Source: Octopus sinensis | Taxonomy: Eukaryota | NCBI RefSeq assembly: GCF_006345805.1 | Contig: NC_043016.1 | Location: 26,908,001-26,972,000 of the forward strand | Direction: 5' to 3' | DNA length: 64,000 bases | Shown here: positions 52,185 to 64,000 of the stretch, piece after piece | Numbering within the stretch: position 1 is the stretch's first letter | Layout of the letters: the number at the start of each line of letters is the position of its first letter | The notes under the pieces: generated by a model | What the model was told of the DNA's origin: nothing | Seen by the model: the letters and a program-made list of their open reading frames with translations, nothing else | The model's database searches: none | Program-made: the position numbers and the translations under genes

Positions 52185-52968
52185 CGCTCGTTAACAATTA
52201 ACACAGGAAAAATAGATAAATAGTTACCAGGGTAGCAAAAAATCACACAAGTTAAAAGGTTGTAACTCCTTGTTTTTAAAGTAGAAACTCAGGGTTTACT
52301 CGAAATATTTTGTATAATATATATAAATAAATAAATGGAGTTAAATGCAGGTGTTATTCAAATTCTTTTACTTCCGACATGTTTCGAAAATATCACTGGT
52401 ATTATTCCAAAGGAACAAAATGGTGTAAAACAATGTAATCTTCTCTTCAGGAAAATGAAGAAATGAAACTCATCAATAAGACATTTTAACAGAATGTGAT
52501 GGATGTGTATAATGATGAATGGAACGCTATTAAATTTGTTTTAAAAAAACGTTAGAGGATATAACATCAAAGGTAGCCCATAGAAAGAGGAGGGATAAAG
52601 AAAGAAAAACTAAATAAAGGAGAAGTATATAACGATATGTATATTAAATAAAACCCTATAGTCCTGGAAAAAGATATATCTAGTGAATGTGAAATGTAAG
52701 AAGAAAATTAATGTTTAAATTATGAACTAAAGGTGTGTTTCTGCCAATGTTTATATTAGTATGCACGCTATATAACCGTGTTTACAAGGGGATTTTTAGT
52801 AAAAAGAATAAAAAATAGTTCAGAATTATGTAACAGTACAGGGCTTAGTAAATTAATTTGGTATCTAAAAGACTACAATAAACAATTTAATTTAGATTGG
52901 TTGATTCTCTCAATTTTGATACCTTATGTTAAAGGCAAGGAATTCTGTCTTTGTAATTCTGAACTATT
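52185..52968 (-). mobile_element. 5'-truncated, 5'-inverted Penelope-like element
   Basis: EN C-terminus split into a + part (NSTGLSKLIWYLKD...PYVKG..CLCNSELF, 52830-52968) and a - part (NSELFFILF...KH..KH); 15-bp overlap 52814-52828 / 52954-52968. Confidence 0.75.
52370..52456 (-). ncRNA. Type I hammerhead ribozyme with 58-nt stem II
   Basis: AUUUUC-CUGAAGA-[GAAGAU...AUUUUC]-GAA-ACAUGU-C-GGAAGU; palindromic stem III, GUC triplet (cut after 52376); stem I 6 bp with 2 GU pairs. Confidence 0.78.
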
Positions 52969-53545
52969 CATACATACATACATACATACATACATGTATA
53001 CATACATACATAACATTCATACATACATACATACATACACACATACATACATACATACATACATACATACATGTATACATACATACATAACATTCATACA
53101 TACATACATACATACATACATACATACATACACGCATACACGCATACATACATACATACATACATACATACATACATAACACACATAATTACATACATAT
53201 ATACATACATGCATGCATGCATACATACATACATACAGACAGACAGACAGAAAGACAGACAGACATAGTAGCCATCCAAGCATTCAAGAGAGTTTATTTC
53301 TGATGTGCTCATAGAATGTACTGCTCCAGTGCATCTGTCATATATAAAGCTTATTTTCCATTTGTTATTCTGGCTATGATTCCACTTCGTCTCTTGTGTG
53401 TCCATAACTTAGACTGTGTGTAGTATATGAAGTTTATATCTACTCCTTTTCTGTGTATCAAGTAAGGCCATTTCCCTGAGTGTACCAGAGTCCTGCCAGA
53501 TTTTGCTTCTAATTAAAACTTTCATCCTTGCTAAGTTTACCTTAA

Positions 53546-53950
53546 GGCACAGGAGTGGCTGTGTAGTAAGTAGTTTGTTTACCAGCCACATGGTTCCAGG
53601 TTCAGTCCCACTGCGTGCCACCTTGGGTAAGTGTCTTCTACTATAGCTTCGGGCCGACCAAAGCCTTGTGAGTGGATTTGGTAGATGGAAACTGAAAGAA
53701 GCCCGTCGTATATATGTATATATATATATGCGTGTGTGTGTTTGTGTGTCTGTGTGTGTGTCCCTAGCATTGTTTGACAACCGATGCTGGTGTGTTTATG
53801 TCCCCGTAACTTAGCAGTTCGGCAAAAAGAGACCGATAGAATAAGTACTGGGCTTACAAAAGAATAAGTCCCGGGATCGAGTTGCTTGATTAAAGGTGGT
53901 GCTCCAGCATGGCCGCAGTCAAATGACTGAAACAAGTAAAAGAGTAAAAA
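53546..53950 (+). mobile_element. SINE family A, full length
   Basis: Complete consensus structure. Confidence 0.9.
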
Positions 53951-54701
53951 GAATATCTCCCAATTCTAGATTTAGCTTACATCCCTGGAATTTCTTCTCT
54001 AATTTCCCTATAGATTCAGTTCCTATGGGCAGCCAGTCTTAAACTCCTTTGTGATGACCTGTTGGACTATGATGAATGGACGAGAACTGAGGATTAGGCC
54101 TTAATGGACTCCATTAGCATAAGTATCAGACTTAAAAGTAAAAACTAGGTTTGTTTTTCTAAACCTTTTAAAAATGATGCCCTGTGCATGGCCATAAGGC
54201 CAATGAGTGAAGCAAGTAAAAGATAAAAAATAAAAGTTTTATCTTGAATTACCATTTGGCACTTGGTATATGAGAAATGGAAGTGTAGGATTCTTGGTTC
54301 ATAGAAACTACTATGACATTAAAAGAGACTTTAAAAAAAATTCTGTCATTCTTTTCCCAAGTCAAACTAGATAATGAAAGAACCATAAAAATAAGAGGAA
54401 ATAAAGCCATTTGATTTACTATACATAGCTATGATGCTGCAAACAACCCAATTCCTGTATTCAGATGATAAGAAGCTAACATAAAGAACACTACAACAAC
54501 AAGTGTAATCTTGGCCTATATTTGCTGTGTTTATATATAATAAATTTATTAGATTAGACATAACAAATTGAAGTGAATTTTAACCTAATTATCTTATTAC
54601 TCTAAATTGCTTGGAACACTTCCTTCTTCTCTTTGGTAACAGAATTGTTTGTTGAACAGTAGAATTGCTTGGTGCTGTTGCTTTCAAAATAAAGTCAACT
54701 A

Positions 54702-55110
54702 GGCGCAGGAGTGGCTGTGTGGTAAGTAGCTTGTTTACCAACCACATGGTTCCGGGTTCAGTTCCACTGCGTAGCACCTTGGGCAAGTGTCTTCTACTAT
54801 AGCCTCGGGCCGACCAAAGCCCTGTGAGTGGATTTGGTAGACGGAAACTGAAAGAAGCCCGTCGTATATATGTATATATATATGAGTGTATGTGTGTCTG
54901 TGTTTGTCCCCCTAGCATTGCTTGACAACCGATGCTGGTGTGTTTATGTCCCCGTTACTTAGCGGTTCGGCAAAAGAGACCGATAGAATAAGTACTGGGC
55001 TTACAAAAGAATAAGTCCCGGGATCGAATTGCTCGATTAAAGGCGGTGCTCCAGCATGGCCGCAGTCAAATGACTGAAACAAGTAAAAGAGTAAAAGAGT
55101 AAAGAGTAAG
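54702..55110 (+). mobile_element. SINE family A, full length, young (CpG retained)
   Basis: Complete consensus; nearly identical to 53546-53950. Confidence 0.9.
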
Positions 55111-57840
55111 CTCTATATGACATATTTATCCTCCTCCTCCTCCTCCTCCTCCTCCTCATCATCATCATCACCATCATCATCATCTTCATCATCATCATCA
55201 TCATCAATGTATGTATGTGCATGTATGTATGTATGCGCATGTGTGTATGTGTGTATATATGTAATGTACATTATGTATATATGAAATGTGTACACATATA
55301 AATGTGATGTATGTATATATGTATTGTATCTATGTAATGTATATAGGTATGTATGTAATGTGTGTATGTGAGGACCGATCTTAGGATGTTGGGGCTCATG
55401 GAGGAAATGACAATGGACCAAGATGTTTGGCAATATGAGGTTCTAGAGAAAACCTGCTCACATCAGCGAAACAACGTTATTCTCACATACCCTACCCCGA
55501 GAAACTAAACTACATCACCTCTTCTAAACTGCATCTTATTCTCTTCTTCACATTTCCTCTTTATAAACTATGATTGTCTTCCAATCCCCTTTCCTTCCCC
55601 CACTGCCCTGCTCATTGTATCACTGCTTCTCCCCCACCACCACCACCACCACCCCATTTTTCTACCCAGGTTTTCACCAATCACTCCTATCCCCACTCCT
55701 ATTTGTGCCTTCTTAGCAGTACCTGACCACATTATATTATGACATGCATGCCTCTTCCTTACTCTACCTTCACATTATACCCTGGCACTTAACCATCTCT
55801 TTCCTGCTCTCTCTTACACTTTTGCTGTTTCCAACTCTCTCTCTCTCTCTCTTTCCCTTGTTCTTCCCTCTGGTTGGATAGCCATGTATCTCCTCTACAG
55901 CAACACTCATTCTTCTGCCCTCATTCTTCCTAACTCTCTTTCTCCTTCTCTTGTTTTTCCTCTGACTAGGTAATCAAGTATTTCATTTACATCAGCACAC
56001 CTGTTTCTGTCCCTTTTCTTGCACCTCTCTCTTTCTCGATTTTCTTCTCTCTTTTTCTCCCTCTTTTTCTCTTCTCTCTCAATTTTTCTTCTCACTTCCT
56101 CTATCTCTCTCACTGGGTAACTGTATACTTCCTTTATAGTAAGACATCTATTCCTGCTTCTCTATTTCTCTGTCACACTCTAACCTTTCATCATCTGATA
56201 TCAGATCACCTCTTCCAATGCACCCCCACTCCATTATAGCAAGACACCTGTTTCTGCCTCTCTGTCATACTCTAACCTTTTATCCTCTGACACAAGTTCC
56301 CTTCCTCAAATACCCCTGCCCCTCTCATAATTCCTTGTCTTGTGAGTTACTTGGTGACCCTGCCAGTGCTGGTGTCAACTAAAAAGCATCCATCCACACT
56401 GTTAAGTGGTTGGCATTTGGAAGGGCATCCAGCTGTAAAGATCATGCCAAAACCAACCTTGTCTGTGCTAGTGCCATGTAAAAATCACTGAGTCCACTTT
56501 GCAGAGTGGTTGGTGTTAGGAAGGGCATCCTGCTGTAAAAAACCTACCAAAACAGACACAGCAACTTAGGGTAGTTTTTTTTACCCAGGTAGCTCCTGCC
56601 AACTGTTCTACCCATGCATTAAATGATGATGATATGCATGTATGCATATATGTGTGTAAAGTATATATGTATGCAAATATGTAATACATTTATGTGTATA
56701 TGTATGTATTTATGTATGAATACATGTGTGTGTATGTGCATTGTATATTTATATATGTGTATGTATGTGTTTATATGTATATGTATGAGTTTGTAAAAAT
56801 GGTTTTCCTTTTTTCCATCTCTCCTTCTCGCTATACAGCTAACTATTCTTAAATCTTGTTCCTTAGTTCTTAATGAGCCATAGGTGAAACAGATTATATT
56901 TTGTCAGGCTAATCATGGATTAATTATTTTTACACACTCTTGGACAGCCATTATGTTTCTTTAGTTCTTCTGTCCTTAGGCAGATTGTCCAAAATATCAC
57001 ACTCTTGTCTAGCAAGCTTGGTGGTCTTGCTGATTTAGTTGCTAACAACATAACTATGCAACAGATTGTACAGGGTTGCATGTTACCAGTAATGCTTGAG
57101 AAAAACCTTACATGTGTTCAGTGCAAAACAGTTAAGAAAAATTAAATATAAAAAGTGACATGAAAAGGCAATTACTGCAACCATGTCAGCATGAATGCCT
57201 TTGAAGTCTAAACCTTTCTTCTGCTGGTACTTGATAACACCACAAGGCTAAGTTTTGTCTACTTTCAAGAGAAGTCACAACTAGTTACTTATGAATTCTT
57301 TTTGAGCAGCCAGATGTCAGTTTATCTTAAAAGAAACAATACAGTCATTAATAAGAAGTGTTGAAATAAATGCATGCAAGATCTCACAGCTCTAGCATCA
57401 CTCCTTCATAGTCAGTCTTTGAACATTTCAGCTCACTTTCATATAAATAATAATAAAGCCTAGCCAGGCTCATGGGCCCGGTTTCGATGGCATATGTATT
57501 CCCCAGCTGGATGGGACGCCAGTCCATTGCAGCGTTACTCATTTTTGCCAGCTAAGTGAACTGGAGCAACGTGAAATTAAGTGTTTTGCTCAAGAACACA
57601 ACGCATCGCCCAGTCCAGGTATCCAAACCACAATCTTACGATCATGGTGCTGACACCCTAAACACTAAGCTATGCACCTCCACATCACTCTCATATATAC
57701 ATACATATAATTCATTATCGTCTGGGTAATAGTAAGTGAAACACTCGGCAACTAGCAGCTGATGCTAATGCACGGAAACTATTGTTGCAATTTGGATTAA
57801 AGCCTGTTCATTCAGTCTTCTTGTATTACAGATCTTTTTT

Positions 57841-57997
57841 GAGTGGCTGTGTGGCAAGTAGCTTGCTTACCAACCACATGGTCCTGGGTTCAGTCCCACT
57901 GCATTGCACCTTGGGCAAGTGTCTTCAACTATAGCCTCGGGCCAACGAAAGCCTCGTGAATGGATTTGGTAGACGGAAACTGAAAGAAGCCCATTTT

Positions 57998-58031
<34 letters not shown>

Positions 58032-58258
58032 TTGAGTGTGTGTGTGTTTGTGTGTCTGTGTTTGTCCCCCTCCCACAATCACTTGACAACTAACATTGGT
58101 GTGTTTATGTCCCCATAACTTAGCAGTTTGGCAAAAGAGACCAATACAATAAGTACTAGGCTTGCAAAGAATAAGTCTTGGGGTCGATTTGTTCGACTAA
58201 AGGTAGTGCTGCAGCATGGCCACAGTCAAATGACTGAAACAAATAAAAGAATAAAGGA
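57841..58258 (+). mobile_element. SINE family A
   Basis: Consensus structure. Confidence 0.85.
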
Positions 58259-58786
58259 ATACATGTATACTTGTACATACATATGAATACGTATATAGGT
58301 GTGTGTATATATACATCATCATCAACATCATTTTAACATCTCATTTTCCATGCTTGCATGGGTTGGACTGAGTTTATTGAGGCAGATTTTCTATTGCTGG
58401 ATGCCCTTCCAGTCACCAGCCTTTATCTATTTCTAAGCAAAGTAATATTTCTTCATGGTCCTACATGTTTTCATGGAATATTACTTGATGTCAAAGAGAC
58501 ACAAACATACACTCACAAATACATACATTCTGAACATGAAACCTGAAACTAAATGGTTTGCGAGCAAACTTCTTAACCACATAATTATGGCTGCACTTAA
58601 TGCCTGTCTAAATGTATGTATGTATGTATGTATGTATGTATGTATGTATGTATGTATGTATGTATGTATGTATGTATGTATGTATGTATGTATGCATACA
58701 TGCATGCATGTATGTATGTATGTATGTATGTATGTATGTATGTATGTATGTATGTATGTATGTATGCATGCATGCATGTATGTATG

Positions 58787-58817
<31 letters not shown>

Positions 58818-60567
58818 GGTTAAGGAGGGGATTGACACTTTTGAGAGAGCATGTATCCAGCATGAAGAACTTAAGCGAGCTGCGTGAAAGTGCACAGTTC
58901 GTATAGTATATGGGGAAAGCTTGGTCTGCATACAGTTACATATCTATTCATGCTCATATGTACTAAAATGGAAAGTTTTACAGATTTTTACAGTTCCAGT
59001 GATGGACTGGATTTGTAGTCTTTGAATCAGCTTTCTCCTTTCTAGTTTCAAGAAGCTTGATTTCTCAAGATTGGTATTTAGGCAGTGTGTTATATGTCTG
59101 TCTGTCTGTATGTATGTATGCATGCATGCATGCATGCATGTATGTATGTATGTATGTATGTATGTATGTATGTATGTATGTATGTATGTATGTATGTATG
59201 TATATATGTATGTATGTATGTACGTATGTATGGATGCTTATAAATATGTAAGTGTGTCTATATATATATTTTATACATTTATAGACATACATATATGTAC
59301 ATATCTATATAAAATATTAAGAGAGGAGATATGAAATTTAAAAATTATTTCACCTATTGACATCCATATAACTATGGCATATATGTTTATGTATATATAG
59401 AGGTGTGTGTGTGTGTATGTGTGTGTGTGTGTGTGTGCGTGTGTGTGTGTGCATGTGTGTGTGTGTGTGCATGCATGCATGTATGAATTGGTTTAGTCTT
59501 TTGATTGTCAGATAGAATGCTTCACAGTATGTGTTCCAACCATGTGCCTGCTGTGTTCAAATCCTCCTGAGGTCAACCCTTGCATTTCATCATCCTTCAA
59601 AGGATGATAAAAAAATTACCAATCTAAGATAATAATCTGGCAGAACTGCTAGCAAGTCAGGTAAACTAACTTGCAGTATCTGCTCTGGTTCTTTGTGTTC
59701 TAACAATAATACTAGCAATGGCACTGGTGCCAATCCAAGTCAGCAGCCTTTCCTGTAGGTTATAAATATCTGTGGCACAGAGAAGGGGGAGCTTTGCATG
59801 ATTGAGTAATTACTATTCTTGTTCAAAAGATCTTCCCCAAGTCTCCACATACATCAAATGGTGTTAAGCATATCTTTTTAGGTAAACAAGTATTTTGGAA
59901 CTATCTTCTTTATAACTTTTGAGCTGTGACATGATATGATGATCAAAATCCTAAAAAAACGTTACTTTGACTGTTAATACCGTCATTCTCTAGTTTACAG
60001 TGAAATTACCCAAATATAATCAGAAACCAGGCTGAGATACATACCTCTAATCTTTCCATTTGCTCATGGTTGATTTTAGCTCATTTCCCCATTGTTCTAC
60101 TTTGATGAATGCTGGAAACCTGAGATCTAATTTTGTTTGACCTTTCATGACCTCTGTCTCATAACTAATCCACTAGCTTCACCATGTAAGCTAGCAGGGA
60201 GCCAGTTATCAATTCAATTGACAACCTGGTTTTCTGATAAACACATCTATGACGCCTGTTTGTTCCTTTAGCCCTGAGTCCAACCAACCCAGGACTACAG
60301 ATCCCTTCTTCTACACAAAGAGGTAATACTTTCCTACTACTACCATTGTTACTTCAACATCACTACAGTCATAATTATATGTAATGACAACAATGTCAAC
60401 TAATCAATGATGACAGTTACAGCTATTTCAGTTACAACTCCGCTGTGAAACTTGCCTTTTACAATCACACAACATGCATTCAATTTATATTAACATTTTA
60501 TCTACACGTGTCATTGGTAAACTTGGGCTGGTTTTTGATTGATGTAATAAATATAATTCAATATTCT

Positions 60568-60937
60568 TTTATATTTTTATTTGTTTCAGTCATTTGACTG
60601 CGGCCATGCTGGAGCACTACCTTTAGTCGAGCAAATCGACCCCAGGACTCATTATTTGTAAACCTAGTGCTTATTGTATCGGTCTCTTTTGCCGAACTGC
60701 TAAGTGAAAGGGACGTAAACACACCAGCATCGGTTGTCAAGCGATATTGGGGTGACAAACACAGACACAAACATACACACACACACACATACGACGGGCT
60801 TTTTCAGTTTCCATCTACCAAATCCACTCACAAGGCTTTGGTCAGCCAGAGGCTATAGTAGAAGACACTTGCCAAGGCGCTACACAGTGGGACTGAACCC
60901 AGAACCATGTGGCTGGTAAGCAAGCTACTTACCACAC
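60568..60937 (-). mobile_element. SINE family A
   Basis: Consensus structure. Confidence 0.88.
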
Positions 60938-61822
60938 AAAAAAATTACTCTTCTCTGTTTATCTTATAAATTCTATTGACATTCACTTGTGCTATACACC
61001 CTCGTGCACTTACAACTTTGTGTTGGCATTCAAAGTATACCTCTTCAAGATCTTTGTCAAGATAGATCTGTTCAATAGTTCAGGATAACAAACCATCAAG
61101 TGATATCATCAGAGTATATGTTCTTCTTGAGAAGTTTGCTCTTAATTCACAAGATGTTGCTCTTCTTGTTTTAAAAACATTTGAACGGTGGCCTTTTTTT
61201 CTGCTGTTATTTATCAGATACTGCCTCGGTGAAACAATGAAATATTTTCTGAACTTATTTTTTTTTTAAGCCTCTTTGATTGTGTTTCTTCTTAGAATGA
61301 CTTTGTCACTATATCGCTATTTCTAAAAAAGTTGGCAATTAATGTCAGTAGTACTGCATGGGTCTTAATGCATGAATGTCTATAAATATATATGAATATA
61401 TGTGTGGGTATATGTGCTGTTCTTGGGTGGCTGGGGTACTATATTTCTCTGAAATATTCCTTTAAACAAAAGGTTAGTTTCTGACAAAAGCTCATTAGTA
61501 GGATTTATGTAACAACAGTGGTAAAGAGTCATATGTTGAATTTTAGAAATGTCTTGTAAATATTTGCTGTTGTACTTACAGATTGAATTTACAGAATGCA
61601 TAATAGGTGGTCTCTTTCAGTACCAAAAACTACAGTTTTTCAAGATTATTGCTTAAGCACTTGGTAGTATAATCAAATGTACCAATGATTCTGTTACAAA
61701 TATAAATAAACTGGATAGAGAAATTTGTAAGTCTTCAAGTAGTTGTTTATTTATGTTCTCTTTTCACACTAATTCTGAATTAGGTACTTACATCTGTTGG
61801 ACAGATGACATACACAGATTTG

Positions 61823-62085
61823 TATTAGGTTGTCAGATAAATTTGTTCATTAAAAAAATTTTTTTTTTCTACTGAGCACTCCATCGTCATGTCTGAAAAG
61901 AGGCAAAATTTTTTCAAATTTCAAAGACCGGATTATGAAAGTTGTAGAAGAAGAGTAAAGCTACAAAAAAACAAACAAAAAAAATGCTACAATAAAAACA
62001 ATTTTCATATTCATTCAAATAACATTGAAGAAGATTAAAATAAATGGGGAAAAAACAAAACATGAATTTAACTGATAACCCAATA
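61823..62085. mobile_element. Mariner-derived MITE
   Basis: tattaggttgtcagataaattt / gaatttaactgataacccaata TIRs. Confidence 0.7.
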
Positions 62086-62928
62086 CACAAATTTGATTTT
62101 TCTTTGTCTATTACTGTAATATCTGGCTTGTCATGTTCCATCTTCCTATCAGTTTGAATGGGAAAATCTCACAAAATCTTACATGTTTCTAATCCAACTC
62201 ATTCTGTCAAAGGATTGCACCATTATTATTATTAAAAAGGCAGCAAGCTGGTAGAAGCATTAGCACACTGGACAAAGTTCTTAGTGGCATTTTGTCTATC
62301 TTAATGTTCTGAGTTCAAATTCCACTGAGGTTGAGTTTGCCTTTCATCCCTTTCTGGAGTTGATAAAATAAATATCTGCACTGGCATTGAAGTAATGAAT
62401 TAGAACCCCTCCTCTCAAAAATTTCAGGCCTTGTGTCTCTAGTAGAAATAATTATTATTATCATCTTCTTTCAATTCTGTTTCCATAGATGCAGGAGTGG
62501 ATGTGTGGTAAGTAGCTTGCTAACCAACCACATGGTTCCAGGTTCAGACCCACTGCATGGCACCTTGTGCAAGTGTCTTCTACTATAACCTCAGGCCGAC
62601 CAAAGCCTTATGAGTGGATTTAGTAGACAGAAACTGAAAGAAGCCCGTTGTATATATATATATATATATATAATCAATAATAACAAAGGGTAAAATTAAT
62701 TAATTAACTAGTAATCAATAATTTCACCAAGTAGAATTCGGCATGAAAAAGGACCATTTCAAGGTAAACTTAAGTAATACTTTATAATTAGGGTTTAGCA
62801 AAGATTTGCTTTACCACATACCAAAGTTCAGAAATAGCAGCCAAAGAACTCCCGAAAAAAACAAAGTACTCGAAACCAATCCACGCAGGCAGAGAGGAAA
62901 AATAACGAAAATCAATCGATATTTGATT

Positions 62929-63015
62929 ACCCATGTATGCGTTTCGGAATTAGATCGGTATAAAGAATGTAGAATTTATACTTTACCCGAACATTTTCTT
63001 CATCAGCAGGGGACT
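62929..63015 (-). ncRNA. Decayed mirror copy of the 63141 hammerhead
   Basis: Stem I CCCCUG/CAUGGG has a mismatch; stem III ACGCAU has lost the C-G pair. Confidence 0.6.
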
Positions 63016-63140
63016 TCACAATATTAAATATTAAAAATATTAAATCCAAATATATTTATTATATTCAATTCTCTTCCAGAGATATATTCAATTCTTCCAG
63101 TGCCTTTGGATTTAATATTTTTAATATCTAATATTGTTGG

Positions 63141-63229
63141 AGTCCCATGCTGATGAAGAAAATGGTTGGGTAAAGTATAAATTCTACATTCTTTATACCG
63201 ATCTAATTCCGAAACGCGTACATGGGTGA
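63141..63229 (+). ncRNA. Type I hammerhead ribozyme with 54-nt stem II
   Basis: CCCAUG-CUGAUGA-[54 nt]-GAA-ACGCGU-A-CAUGGG; perfect 6-bp stem I, palindromic stem III, GUA triplet (cut after 63220); the stem II closing pair is A.C (non-canonical). Confidence 0.78.
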
Positions 63230-63631
63230 CCAGATATAGATTGATTTTCGTTATTTTTCCTCTCTGCCTGCCCGGATTGTTTTTGAGTACTTTGTTTTTT
63301 TCGGGAGTCTCTTTTTAAAGTAGAGGAAATAGCTAAGATTCTTTGGCTGCTATTTCTAAACTTCAGTATGTGGTAAAGCAAATCTTTGCTGAACCCTAAT
63401 TATAAAGTATTACTTAAGTTTACCGTGAAATGGTCCTTTTTCATGCTGAATTCTACTTGGTGAAATTATTGATTACTACTTAATCAATTAATTTTACCCT
63501 TTGTTATTATTGATAATATAATTTTCTCCGAGATCATAAACTACAGATTTTTTCTGTAGTATCTTTACTTGATGACACACATGGATGGGCAGGGGAAGGT
63601 GATGAACCTCATTCTGAACCCTATTTATAAA

Positions 63632-63670
<39 letters not shown>

Positions 63671-63747
63671 CGTGTGTGTATGCTGAACCCTAATTATAAA
63701 ATATATATATGTGTGTGTGTATATATGTATATATGTATGTATGTATG

Positions 63748-63781
<34 letters not shown>

Positions 63782-64000
63782 TGTGCGTATATATGTTTGT
63801 GTGTCCGTCCCCCAACATCGCTTGACATCGATGCTGGTGTGTTTACATCCCCGTAACTTAGTGGTTCGGCATAAGAGACCAACAGAATAAGTATTAGGCT
63901 TATAAAGAATAAGTCCTGGGGTCGATTTTCTCAACTAAAGGCAGTGCTCCAGCATGGCTGCAGTCAAAATGACTGAAACAAATAAAAGAATAAAAGAATA

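Larger units (their letters stand above)
62673..63514. repeat. Long fold-back: arms 62673-63050 and 63105-63514, 54-bp spacer
   Basis: Arms align end to end with scattered substitutions and one ~28-nt indel. Confidence 0.93.
62488..64000 (+). mobile_element. SINE family A split by a hammerhead-bearing fold-back insertion
   Basis: 5' half 62488-62650, 3' half ~63780-64000. Confidence 0.88.

Noticed and set aside
54051-54090. Box C (GTGATGA) / box D (CTGA) snoRNA-like motif
   Set aside because: Only 40 nt span, weak terminal stem, no host intron identified.
43644-59480. Many HT/YI/VC/MYV-rich ORFs in the ORF track
   Set aside because: Translations of (CA)n, (TA)n and (TACA)n microsatellites; no coding evidence.
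1-64000. CRISPR arrays, rRNA or functional tRNA genes
   Set aside because: No regular repeat-spacer array or rRNA sequence; tRNA-like A/B boxes occur only as SINE heads.

Overview
AT-rich, microsatellite- and transposon-dense animal genomic DNA. The repeat families suggest a cephalopod mollusc such as Octopus; this is an inference, not proven. One host gene is supported: 10 phase-compatible coding exons on the + strand (7407-24331, 407 aa visible, first coding exon not found) encoding a divergent TLDc-domain protein. The rest is mostly mobile DNA: a 4.7-kb Helitron with frameshifted Rep/Pif1 helicase, a non-autonomous Helitron, a decayed Tigger/pogo, two decayed mariners, mariner- and piggyBac-type MITEs, RTE LINE 3' ends, at least three tRNA-SINE families and several Penelope-like element (PLE) remnants. 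The most notable signal is a set of type I hammerhead ribozyme motifs: four with complete cores and pairable stems (34015-34068 -, 35586-35644 +, 52370-52456 -, 63141-63229 +) and two decayed ones. They lie in PLE-type inverted-repeat (fold-back) insertions that sit at (TA)n/(TACA)n tracts, repeatedly the microsatellite inside the dominant SINE. All alignments and RNA folds were done by eye; no database search was run.
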